A DNA stretch of 64,000 nt from Ardenticatenia bacterium (GTDB lineage Bacteria; Chloroflexota; Anaerolineae; 4572-78; NAK82): the NCBI GenBank assembly GCA_003130875.1, contig QEXY01000163.1:2136-66135 (forward strand), given 5' to 3'. The notes under the pieces are model-generated. The model had not been told where the DNA came from, ran no database searches, and saw only the letters and a program-made list of their open reading frames with translations. The translations under genes and the position numbers were made by a program. This document shows, one piece after another, positions 55,491-64,000 of the stretch (positions are counted from its first letter, which is position 1; every line of letters starts with the position of its first letter).

Positions 55491-56335
55491 CAACTGCGCC
55501 CCAGCCTCCGAGCGAAAGTGCTTCGCAGAGCGCTCCAAAAGCATCCGATATCAACCGCATCGATCACATCGTGGCCGTGCTGAGCGGCAAGGGCGGTGTG
55601 GGCAAGTCCATTGTGAGCAGCTTGCTGGCGGTGTCCCTGCGTCGCAAGGGCCATCGGGTGGGCATTCTGGATGCCGACATCACCGGACCCAGCATTCCCA
55701 AGATGTTCCTTTCCCAAGCGATTCCGCTGGGCAGTGACCCATTGGGCATCCCACCGGCGGTGAGCCGTACTGGCATCAAGCTGATGTCCATCAATCTGTT
55801 GCTGCGGAGTGAGCGTGATGCGGTCATCTGGCGGGGTCCGCTGATCGGGCGCGCCATCCAGCAATTCTGGACGGATGTCGTTTGGGGCGAGCTGGACTAT
55901 CTGATCGTGGACCTCCCGCCGGGCACCTCGGATGCCTCGCTGACCGTGATGCAATTCCTGCCCTTGAGCGGCGCCCTCTTGGTGACAGCGCCCCAAGGAT
56001 TGGCGGGCATGGTGGTGCACAAAGCGGCTCAAATGGCCGAGATGCTGCACGTGCCTTTGCTGGGGCTGGTGGAGAACATGGGCTATTTCGTCTGCCCCGA
56101 TAATGGCAAGGCATATGAGGTCTTCGGCCCCAGCCATGCCGAAGAGCTGGCTCAAACCTTGGGCATTCCTTTTCTGGGACGTCTGCCGATCAAACCGGAG
56201 CTGACCTTGCTGAGTGATACAGGGCGCATCGAGGAATATCCGGCTGAGGAGTTTGCGCCCATCGTGGCCCACATTGAAGCGAGCGCGCAAGCACCGCGCC
56301 TGCCACCCTTCTCGATCGACCTGGGAGGCCTTTGA
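55487..56335 (+). CDS. mrp: Mrp/ApbC/NBP35 Fe-S cluster carrier ATPase
   Basis: SGKGGVGKS, DADITGPS, WRGP, DLPPGTSD and ENM..FVCPDN. Confidence 0.93.
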   Translation: MTTAPQPPSESASQSAPKASDINRIDHIVAVLSGKGGVGKSIVSSLLAVSLRRKGHRVGILDADITGPSIPKMFLSQAIPLGSDPLGIPPAVSRTGIKLMSINLLLRSERDAVIWRGPLIGRAIQQFWTDVVWGELDYLIVDLPPGTSDASLTVMQFLPLSGALLVTAPQGLAGMVVHKAAQMAEMLHVPLLGLVENMGYFVCPDNGKAYEVFGPSHAEELAQTLGIPFLGRLPIKPELTLLSDTGRIEEYPAEEFAPIVAHIEASAQAPRLPPFSIDLGGL

Positions 56336-56341
56336 GCACGT

Positions 56342-57391
56342 TCAGCAGATACGCGGCAGCTGTTCTCCGCTGAGCATGTCCACGACGCGCAAGCCACCGA
56401 TGCGGCTGCGCATGAAAACCTTGCCGGGGTGCTCGCCCACCACCTCGCCGATGCGCGTCGCCTGGGCACCCTGGGGATGGACACGCATGGCCTCCAGCAC
56501 ACGGTCGGCGACCTCAGGCGCGACAATGGCGATGCATTTGCCCTCGTTGGCCACATAGAGCGGGTCGAGGCCGAGGATTTCACACGCACCGCGCACGGCA
56601 TCCCCAACCGGAATGCGTTCCTCATCCAGGCGTATACCCACCTGGGCTTTGGCCGCGATTTCATTGAGCGCGCTGGCGACGCCTCCGCGGGTGGGATCGC
56701 GCAGCACATGCACTTGGTCACCTCCCACCTCCAGCACCCGCATCACGAGATCGACCAGAGGGGCGGAGTCGCTGACCAGCTCGGTCTCAAAAGCAAGCCC
56801 TTCACGCCGCGACATGACAGCAATACCGTGCTCCGCGATCGCGCCGTTGATGAGGATGACGTCACCTGGCGCCGCACGCTGGGGTGCAATATGCACGCCC
56901 GGAAGGACGACCCCCAGGCCGGTGGTATTGATGAACAGGCCATCTCCCTTGCCGCGTTCGACCACCTTGGTGTCGCCGGTGACAATCGGCACCCCTACCT
57001 TGGCAGCGGCACGTTGCATCGAGAGAATGATGCACCATAGATCCTCCATAGGAAGCCCTTCCTCGACGATGAAGCCGGCCGAGAGGGCCAGGGGACGCGC
57101 GCCACACATCGCCAGGTCGTTTACGGTGCCGTGCACTGCCAATGAGCCGATGTCTCCACCTGGGAAGAAAAGCGGGCTGACCGTGAAGGAGTCGGTTGAG
57201 AAAGCGAGCCGTGTTCCGTTCAGCTCCAGGATGGCCCCGTCGTGCAACACCTCGAGGGCAGCGTTGGAAAAGGTGGGTATGAACATGCGCTCGATCAGCA
57301 TCTGGCTCAACCGGCCGCCCCCGCCGTGCGCCAGTGTCACCACCGGATAGTCGCTGATCGGAATCGGACACTGCAGTTCCATCCGTGACAC
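56342..57391 (-). CDS. hypE: Hydrogenase maturation protein HypE
   Basis: [43 protein letters not shown] and C-terminal PRIC. Confidence 0.97.
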   Translation of the reverse strand: MSRMELQCPIPISDYPVVTLAHGGGGRLSQMLIERMFIPTFSNAALEVLHDGAILELNGTRLAFSTDSFTVSPLFFPGGDIGSLAVHGTVNDLAMCGARPLALSAGFIVEEGLPMEDLWCIILSMQRAAAKVGVPIVTGDTKVVERGKGDGLFINTTGLGVVLPGVHIAPQRAAPGDVILINGAIAEHGIAVMSRREGLAFETELVSDSAPLVDLVMRVLEVGGDQVHVLRDPTRGGVASALNEIAAKAQVGIRLDEERIPVGDAVRGACEILGLDPLYVANEGKCIAIVAPEVADRVLEAMRVHPQGAQATRIGEVVGEHPGKVFMRSRIGGLRVVDMLSGEQLPRIC

Positions 57392-57400
57392 GCTCCCCGG

Positions 57401-58486
57401 TTACGTGTGCTGATACTGGTAATATGCCGCGCAGGCGCCTTCGGAAGACACCATGGGTGCTCCCAGCGGGTGCTCCGGTGTGCACTGCGTGGCAAAGGCG
57501 GGACATTGCGGCGGCTTCTTCAAGCCCTGCAGGATCTGACCCGCGATGCAGATAGGGGATTCCTGCGCGGTCACCCCGGATAGGTCAAAGCGTCGTTCGG
57601 CGTCGAATTCTGCCCACGATGAGCGCAGGCAATACCCACTGGCTGGGATCAGACCGATGCCACGCCATTGCCGGTCGCATACCTCAAAGACCTGATGCAT
57701 CAGCCGTTGTGCCGCCACATTGCCCTCGCGCGTCACCGAACGGGAGTACTGAATCTCCACCCCCCAACGCCCTTCCTCAAGTGCTCGCAGCGCCATATAG
57801 AGACCCTGGAGCAAGTCCAGAGGTTCGAACCCGGTGACCACAATGGGGATGCGATACTGCTCGGCGATGGGTTCATATTCGCGCGTCCCCATCACCGTAC
57901 AGACGTGTCCCGCTGCCAGAAATGCTTGAATGCGATTATCGGACGAAGCCAGAATGGCCTGCATCGCAGGCGGTACTAACACGTGCGCGCACAGGATTGA
58001 GAAGTTGCGCAGGCCAAGCTGTCTGGCCTGCCAGACCGCCATGGCGTTGCCAGGTGCCGTTGTCTCGAACCCGACCGCAAAGAAGACCACCTCGCGGTCG
58101 GGATATTTCTGAGCCAACGCCAGGGCATCCAGGGGCGAATATACCATCCGCACGTCCGCCCCCTGTGCCCGAGCGCTCAACAGATCGGAGTGAGAGCCCG
58201 GCACGCGCAGCATATCCCCGAACGAGGTGAAGATCACCCGCGGTTGCTGCGCGATACAGATCGCCTTGTCGATCAATTCCAGCGGCGTGACGCACACGGG
58301 ACAGCCCGGGCCGTGCACCAACGTCACGGAAGGTGGCAACAACCGATCAATGCCGAACTTGATCAAGTTGTGGGTCTGTCCCCCGCAGATTTCCATGATC
58401 GTCCACGGGCAGGTGACCAGCCGTTCGATGGCCCGGACCAGCTTTTGTGCGTCCGCTTCACGGCGAAATTCATCCACAAAGCGCAT
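57401..58486 (-). CDS. hypD: Hydrogenase maturation protein HypD
   Basis: [21 protein letters not shown] and PMVSSEGAC. Start ATG 58486 (MRFVDEFR). Confidence 0.97.
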   Translation of the reverse strand: MRFVDEFRREADAQKLVRAIERLVTCPWTIMEICGGQTHNLIKFGIDRLLPPSVTLVHGPGCPVCVTPLELIDKAICIAQQPRVIFTSFGDMLRVPGSHSDLLSARAQGADVRMVYSPLDALALAQKYPDREVVFFAVGFETTAPGNAMAVWQARQLGLRNFSILCAHVLVPPAMQAILASSDNRIQAFLAAGHVCTVMGTREYEPIAEQYRIPIVVTGFEPLDLLQGLYMALRALEEGRWGVEIQYSRSVTREGNVAAQRLMHQVFEVCDRQWRGIGLIPASGYCLRSSWAEFDAERRFDLSGVTAQESPICIAGQILQGLKKPPQCPAFATQCTPEHPLGAPMVSSEGACAAYYQYQHT

Positions 58487-58488
58487 GG

Positions 58489-58746
58489 CTATGCGTCGTC
58501 TCCAGAATCCGCTTCGGCCAGTGCGCTGATTTGTTCCAGCATTTCGAAGACTTCTTTCGCTTCCTCCTCGTTCAGGATGCTCAGCGCAAAGCCAGCGTGC
58601 ACGATCACGTAGTCGCCCACCTGGACATCGGGCACATAAGCCAGACAAACTTCACGCACGACACCGCCAAAGCTCACCTTGCCCATCGCGATGCCGGCAG
58701 GGTTTTGTTCAATGCTCAACACCTCTCCCGGAATTCCCAGACACAT
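58489..58746 (-). CDS. hypC: Hydrogenase chaperone HypC
   Basis: MCLGIPG...[11 protein letters not shown]. Confidence 0.97.
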   Translation of the reverse strand: MCLGIPGEVLSIEQNPAGIAMGKVSFGGVVREVCLAYVPDVQVGDYVIVHAGFALSILNEEEAKEVFEMLEQISALAEADSGDDA

Positions 58747-58757
58747 TGCACACCTCG

Positions 58758-61130
58758 CTATACTCGATCTCGCGCCAGCTGTGCCGCTGCGACCGTCACC
58801 TGTCCCAAGCTGACACAGCCGTCATTGGGTGGTACCTGATGATGCAATAGTACCTCAAAGCCGGCCCGACGCAGCCTAGCGGCGGACCGCTCGGTCAGCC
58901 AGCGATTTTGAAAACACCCACCGGATAACACCACGCGCGCGTGGCCCACCTGTCGGGACACGGCCACGATGCCTTCCACCAGTGCGTTGTGGAAGCGTGC
59001 CGCTATGATACCCACAGGCACCTTGCGCTGCAAGTCCTCCAGCAAAGCGACTAACAACGGCTGCCAGTCCAATATCCATTTGGAGAGCATTGCATCCCCT
59101 TCGCGATCTTGAGGTTCTTCCAGCGGAAAGGGGTATGCCTCGCGGACAGAAGGGTCCGCTGCAAACTCCAGCGCCATGGCTGCTTGTCCTTCAAAGCTCA
59201 CCTGCTGATGCAGGCCGACCAGAGCGGCGACGCCATCGAACAGACGCCCAACGCTTGTCGTGATGGGAGCGTTGACACCGCGCCGCAGCATCTGTGCCAA
59301 CAGGTGCTTTTGGGATGTCGAAAACTGCCGCAATGGTGCCAGGTCATCACGCTCCCAGGCAGTCTCCCCCCCCATTTCCCATAGCAATGCCAACGCCACA
59401 CGGCACGGCTCCAGCACCGCTGCCTCACCACCCGGCAGGCGGAATGGCCTCAGATGCGCAATGCGCACGAAATCCGCAGCATCCCCCAGCAAGAACTCCC
59501 CACCCCATACGGTGCCATCTGTCCCATACCCGGTTCCATCCCACGTCACACCCAGGGCGGTGCCCGAGACCTTGTTCTCGGCAAGACATGCCGCCAAGTG
59601 CGCATGGTGATGTTGCACCGCAACCAACTTGAGCTCCTCTGCGGCAATCGGCACATGGGCAATCTGACCGGTTTGGAGCGCTTCCTGCGCCCAGCGGGTC
59701 GAGACATAATCCGGGTGCAGGTCATGAGCGATGGCCACGGGCCTTGCCTCATAGAGGCGCAGAAAATCCGCGATCACGCGTTCGAAGGCGAGGGTGGCTT
59801 CCAGGGTTTCCAGATCGCCGATGTGCTGGCTGATGAACACTTGCGAACCGACACTGAGCGCCACGGTGTTCTTGAGATGCGCGCCCACCCCCAGTATTGT
59901 GGGCAACGGTTGCGCCACCGTCACCGGCAAGGGTGCGTAACCACGCGCCCGACGCAACAATTGAGGTCGCCCATCCACGATCCACATAACGCTATCGTCG
60001 GCGTGACGAGTGATGGGTCGGTTATGCACGAGAAACAGATCAGCAACATCTCCCAGACGGCGCAATGCCTCATGCTCGTCGATGCAAATGGGCTCATCGG
60101 TGAGATTGCCGCTGGTAGCCACCACCGGAAAATCCACCATGCGCAGCAACAGGTGATGCAGCGGCGTATAGGGCAACATAACCCCCAGATTGGGATTATC
60201 CGGTGCTACGTTGTCCGCCACCGCTGCGTCCGGCAAGCGTGGCAATAGCAAGATGGGCGCTTCAGGGAGCATGAGCAGCTGGGCTGCCTCGTCTGAGACA
60301 TGGCACAAGGCGCGCGCCTGATCCAGATCGCGCACCATGAGTGCCAGCGGACGATGGGGGCGCCGTTTGCGCTGACGCAGCCGCGTCACCGCATCGGTGT
60401 TGCGCGCATCCACCATCAGATGGAAGCCGCCCAGTCCCTTCACCGCTACCACCAATCCCTGGCGCAACCCCGTAGCAGCCTCTTGCAACACTTGTGCGTC
60501 ATCCCCCTCGATCAGGGTCTCTCCGCGGGCAGACCAAAGGGCGAGGTGAGGCCCACACACCGGGCAGGCATTGGGTTGAGCGTGAAAGCGACGATTGACG
60601 GGCTGATCGTACTCCGCCTGACAGTCCGGGCACATGATGAAGTGTCGCATCGTTGTGTTGGGGCGATCATAAGGCAACGCCTCAATGATGGTGAAGCGCG
60701 GCCCGCAATTGGTACAGTTAGTAAAGGGATAGCGGTAACGGCGATCCTTGGGGTCGAAAACTTCCCTCAGACAATCGCCGCAGGTGGCAATGTCAGGGAG
60801 CACCAACACCGTTTTGGTTCCACCGGCATCGCTGTGTCGGATCTCAAATCGTTCGTATCCGATTGGATGGAGCCAGCGGAAATCCACCTTTTGGATGAGG
60901 GCACGTGGTGGCGCTTCCCGCACCAGGCGTTCCTGAAAGAGGTGCAGGCAGCGTTCCGAACCTTCCACCTCGATGAAGACACCGCGCGTGTCGTTGATCA
61001 CCCAACCCGTGAGGCCCAGCTCGGTTGCCAGACGATAGACAAAGGGGCGAAACCCCACGCCTTGCACTGCGCCGTGCACTTCAACCCGCAGGCGATGCTG
61101 AGGCGAGTGAGATGCGCTATGTTGCATCAC
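58758..61130 (-). CDS. hypF: Carbamoyltransferase HypF
   Basis: GAVQGVGFRP, zinc fingers (CGDC..NCTNCGPR; CPDC..NACPVCGP), KGLGGFHL, QHHHAH, DGTGYG and PNDG. Confidence 0.97.
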   Translation of the reverse strand: MMQHSASHSPQHRLRVEVHGAVQGVGFRPFVYRLATELGLTGWVINDTRGVFIEVEGSERCLHLFQERLVREAPPRALIQKVDFRWLHPIGYERFEIRHSDAGGTKTVLVLPDIATCGDCLREVFDPKDRRYRYPFTNCTNCGPRFTIIEALPYDRPNTTMRHFIMCPDCQAEYDQPVNRRFHAQPNACPVCGPHLALWSARGETLIEGDDAQVLQEAATGLRQGLVVAVKGLGGFHLMVDARNTDAVTRLRQRKRRPHRPLALMVRDLDQARALCHVSDEAAQLLMLPEAPILLLPRLPDAAVADNVAPDNPNLGVMLPYTPLHHLLLRMVDFPVVATSGNLTDEPICIDEHEALRRLGDVADLFLVHNRPITRHADDSVMWIVDGRPQLLRRARGYAPLPVTVAQPLPTILGVGAHLKNTVALSVGSQVFISQHIGDLETLEATLAFERVIADFLRLYEARPVAIAHDLHPDYVSTRWAQEALQTGQIAHVPIAAEELKLVAVQHHHAHLAACLAENKVSGTALGVTWDGTGYGTDGTVWGGEFLLGDAADFVRIAHLRPFRLPGGEAAVLEPCRVALALLWEMGGETAWERDDLAPLRQFSTSQKHLLAQMLRRGVNAPITTSVGRLFDGVAALVGLHQQVSFEGQAAMALEFAADPSVREAYPFPLEEPQDREGDAMLSKWILDWQPLLVALLEDLQRKVPVGIIAARFHNALVEGIVAVSRQVGHARVVLSGGCFQNRWLTERSAARLRRAGFEVLLHHQVPPNDGCVSLGQVTVAAAQLARDRV

Positions 61131-61145
61131 GGCAATTTGGTTCCA

Positions 61146-61829
61146 TCAAGCGGATGCAGCGGTCGAGTCTTCATCGTGGTTCAGGCGACGCAGCAACCAT
61201 GCCAGCCAGTCCTCGACTCCCTGCCCGGTACGACACGACAGCGCGAAAATGGGTGCGGCCGGGTTAACCATGCGCAGACCGCGTTCGAAGTAGGCCATGT
61301 CGAAGCCGAGCACATCCAGCAAATCTGCTTTGTTCAGTATTACGGCATCAGCACGGGCGAACATGCCGGGATACTTGTAGGGCTTGTCATGCCCTTCCGG
61401 CGTGCTGGCCACCACGATGGCCAGGTGAGCGCCCAGCTCGAACTCAGCCGGGCACACCAGGTTGCCAACATTCTCAATGAACAATAAATGGACATTTTCC
61501 AAGGGCAACTGATCCAGCGCCGCCCGGATCATCGGGGCATCCAGATGGCAGGTTCCGCCCGTGTTGATCTGCGTCACCGGGATGCCCCGTGTTGCTATGA
61601 GGTCGGCATCGATGCGCGATGCCAAGTCACCTTCAATCACCGCCATTCGTATTCCATGGGGCAGTCGATCGGCAGTGGCCAGAATGAGGCTGGTCTTCCC
61701 TGCCCCAGGCGAAGCCATAACATTGATGGCCAACACCTGGGTCGCATCCAGGCGCGCTCGATTCTGCATCGCCACCGCGTCATTCGCACTGAGGATTTGT
61801 TTCTCTACTTTCAGTCTCATCATTATCAC
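61146..61829 (-). CDS. hypB: Nickel-insertion GTPase HypB (short form, no His/Cys-rich N-terminus)
   Basis: SPGAGKT, TGGTCHLDA, ENVGNLVCPA, EGHDKPYKYP and NKAD. Confidence 0.96.
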   Translation of the reverse strand: MIMMRLKVEKQILSANDAVAMQNRARLDATQVLAINVMASPGAGKTSLILATADRLPHGIRMAVIEGDLASRIDADLIATRGIPVTQINTGGTCHLDAPMIRAALDQLPLENVHLLFIENVGNLVCPAEFELGAHLAIVVASTPEGHDKPYKYPGMFARADAVILNKADLLDVLGFDMAYFERGLRMVNPAAPIFALSCRTGQGVEDWLAWLLRRLNHDEDSTAASA

Positions 61830-62169
61830 TCACTTCAATGCTATCCACAGTCAGCCCTTGCCCACCTTTCACCTCCAGGTGATAATCGCCGCAGTTGGGA
61901 CAGATCGGGACGAGGGGTGGGTTGACCTGAAACCGGTGCCCACAGGCGCGACATGTGGCCATCGCGTGCTCACGCCGAAAGTGGAGCACAGCGCCTTCGG
62001 CGATCGTGCCCTGGCTGAGCAGATCAAAGTAGAACTGCACCGACTCGTCCACAAAGCTGGACAAATCGCCGATCACCAGATGGATGGCCGTGATGTGACG
62101 GGCATTCGCTTTCTGCGCCGCTTCCAAGGCGAGAGCCAGGATATTTTCCGTAATGGCGAGCTCGTGCAT
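61780..62169 (-). CDS. hypA: Nickel metallochaperone HypA
   Basis: MHELAI, CRAC and CPNC. The C-terminus overlaps the hypB start. Confidence 0.95.
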   Translation of the reverse strand: MHELAITENILALALEAAQKANARHITAIHLVIGDLSSFVDESVQFYFDLLSQGTIAEGAVLHFRREHAMATCRACGHRFQVNPPLVPICPNCGDYHLEVKGGQGLTVDSIEVSDNDETESRETNPQCE

Positions 62170-62172
62170 AGG

Positions 62173-64000
62173 TCATTCACCGACTGAGGGGTCACGGATC
62201 GGGTTGTCCATCGTTCCGGCGGTTAGCACAGCATCTCCCTCAGACAATGTGTCCTCGTACTGCGCCCCTGATTCAAGAGCAAACAACACCAGCTGCTGAA
62301 GCGATTCCACCGGGGTAGTCTCCCGGTCCGCTGCCACCTGCTCCACTTCTGATTGGATGTGCTGCACGAATGCAGCCATCTCCTGCAAGGCAGCTGAGAG
62401 ATACGTCCTGGGCTCACTCCCGATACGTTCGCGAGACACTTTCTCACTGGCCAAAGCCTTTGTGTGGTGCTCCACCGCCTTTCCCATCACGATGGTGAAC
62501 AGATCAACCTCATTGACCGGCATCCCCGAATTGAGAGTACGTCGCGCCCAGAGCACTGAGTCGCGCAAGGTCTTTTCTCGCGGAGACGAAAAATCATCCG
62601 GCGGAGCACACCAAGGAGATTTCCGACACACTAACACACAGTCATATCGAATATTGCCCTCGCTACTATGGAAACCACTTTTGCCTTCCGAACGGACAAT
62701 TGGTGTAGCCGAAACATAGAATCCGGAATCGAGGAGCAGCTGCGCTATGCCTTCCCAAGCCCACACTTTGTTGTGATGGAAGGTGAAGATGAGCAATCCG
62801 TCATCTTTCAGGACACGGTGACATTCACAGAACACGCGACGCAACCCCTCCACAAAGGAACTCGTGGTCTTTCCCAGCTCCTCATTTTTCACGATCTCGC
62901 TCGAACGTCTGGACAACTCTGGTTCGAACCATGGGTAGGAGTCGCGCAAAGCCAAGCGCAGCCAGACATAGAAAAAGTCCGCCAGCTCAGAATATTGTAC
63001 GTTGTCAAAATAGGGTGGGTCGGTGATAACGCAATCAACGGACTTGTCTGGTATGAATGATAGATTCTCAGAGGTCTGACAGCGCAGCAAAACAGAATGA
63101 TCACGACGCATGAGATCTTGGAAATCATCCACCCACTGGCCTTCGATGCGTTCTTTACCAGTGTAATAGGTACGACGTTTTCCGTTGCTGTCGACAACCC
63201 GTTCATAAGGACGCTGACCATAAAGCTTGGCACGTCGCACCTTTTGGAAGCATTTAACAAATGTCCCTCGGCCGAAAGCTGTTCCCCATACGTTGTTCTC
63301 AGCAGGACGCTCGATTGGGTGATAGGCGTGCAACCCGAACATCAGCGATATCTTATGCCACTCTATTTCATACTTGCAAAACATATTGTTGGCATCCAGG
63401 CAGTCTGAAAATGCGATCAACATCAGCTCGCGCACGTTCTGATCTGGAATGGCCATAATGTGTTCGAGCAGGATTGAAAGGCACAATAACTGACGCTCGT
63501 TAAACAGTTGCCAGAAGTGGGTATAGCCGTGGTTGATGGGGCGTGGATCGCTGCGTCCTTCGACAGGGATCGCTTGTCGAGGGATCAGCAATGCTTCCCG
63601 ACGTTTTTCATACTCTTCCTTCACCTGTTGCCACAGCAAAAGGTCATCCTGGTCGACGCGTTTAAAAAAACGGCCACACGTAGAGCAGTATCCCTCCAAA
63701 GCATGCAATTCCACGTCAAGGTGGGTACCCTTGACTGCAACCGCATCTAAGACCCGATGGGTTGCACCACAGACGGAGCAATGATAAACACCTCTGCCCG
63801 CTACCCCTTTGCGAGGATTAAACACATAACCACATTCACGACAGGTCACGGTTGATGAGCTAGTGGCCATTTCGTTTACCTGCAAACACCTAGGACACAC
63901 ACACACGTTGAGATGATTTCCGCGAGAAAGTTCATAATTAGGAAAAAGTCTCACCAGAGCGCCACACCTTGTACAGGGCGCGACCTTCACCCAAAAATAG
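62173..64000 (-). CDS. DNA adenine methyltransferase, DUF1156-like with Zn-ribbon inserts (5' part off the right edge)
   Basis: The frame is open to the edge (YFWVKVAPCTRC). Motifs LFNERQLL and TDPPYFDNVQYSELADFFYVWL, plus several CxxC pairs. More A/T-rich than the hyp genes. Confidence 0.85.
   Translation of the reverse strand, partial: YFWVKVAPCTRCGALVRLFPNYELSRGNHLNVCVCPRCLQVNEMATSSSTVTCRECGYVFNPRKGVAGRGVYHCSVCGATHRVLDAVAVKGTHLDVELHALEGYCSTCGRFFKRVDQDDLLLWQQVKEEYEKRREALLIPRQAIPVEGRSDPRPINHGYTHFWQLFNERQLLCLSILLEHIMAIPDQNVRELMLIAFSDCLDANNMFCKYEIEWHKISLMFGLHAYHPIERPAENNVWGTAFGRGTFVKCFQKVRRAKLYGQRPYERVVDSNGKRRTYYTGKERIEGQWVDDFQDLMRRDHSVLLRCQTSENLSFIPDKSVDCVITDPPYFDNVQYSELADFFYVWLRLALRDSYPWFEPELSRRSSEIVKNEELGKTTSSFVEGLRRVFCECHRVLKDDGLLIFTFHHNKVWAWEGIAQLLLDSGFYVSATPIVRSEGKSGFHSSEGNIRYDCVLVCRKSPWCAPPDDFSSPREKTLRDSVLWARRTLNSGMPVNEVDLFTIVMGKAVEHHTKALASEKVSRERIGSEPRTYLSAALQEMAAFVQHIQSEVEQVAADRETTPVESLQQLVLFALESGAQYEDTLSEGDAVLTAGTMDNPIRDPSVGE

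Overview
This is a GC-rich chromosomal window from an anaerobic bacterium, most likely Chloroflexota/Anaerolineae (inferred from Thr/Pro-linker lipoproteins, DUF2079 and DUF4405 membrane proteins and the gene repertoire). From left to right it holds: (1) nitrogen assimilation genes (gltB running off the left edge, an FMN-only glutamate-synthase-like protein, and a GlnE with two GlnD-type ACT domains inserted); (2) a K+-independent H+-PPase behind an attenuator-like leader, thpR, DUF4405 and two divergent cold-shock genes; (3) envelope and sugar genes (galE, DUF2079, creatininase family, KDPG aldolase); (4) a 90-bp MITE-like element, then marR-MFP-RND-(5xSH3b/TolB lipoprotein); (5) GH57, a dual-specificity phosphatase and a polysaccharide deacetylase; (6) a complete CODH/ACS (Wood-Ljungdahl carbonyl branch) operon, acsA-acsB-CBS-acsD-acsC-acsV-acsE-(CxxC-less TrxR-fold flavoprotein)-metV/F fusion-cooC, headed by a BldC-HMA fusion and a PAS-LuxR regulator; (7) a degenerate Amt, a radical SAM protein, DUF302 and Mrp; (8) hypABFCDE and a partial DNA adenine methyltransferase at the right edge. 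No tRNA, rRNA, CRISPR array or transposase was found. The best novelty candidates are the accessory and regulatory genes of the acs operon (including an apparent ATC start codon for acsV), the ACT-containing GlnE, and the Amt homologue lacking its twin histidines. All family calls come from motif recognition by eye; no database searches were run.
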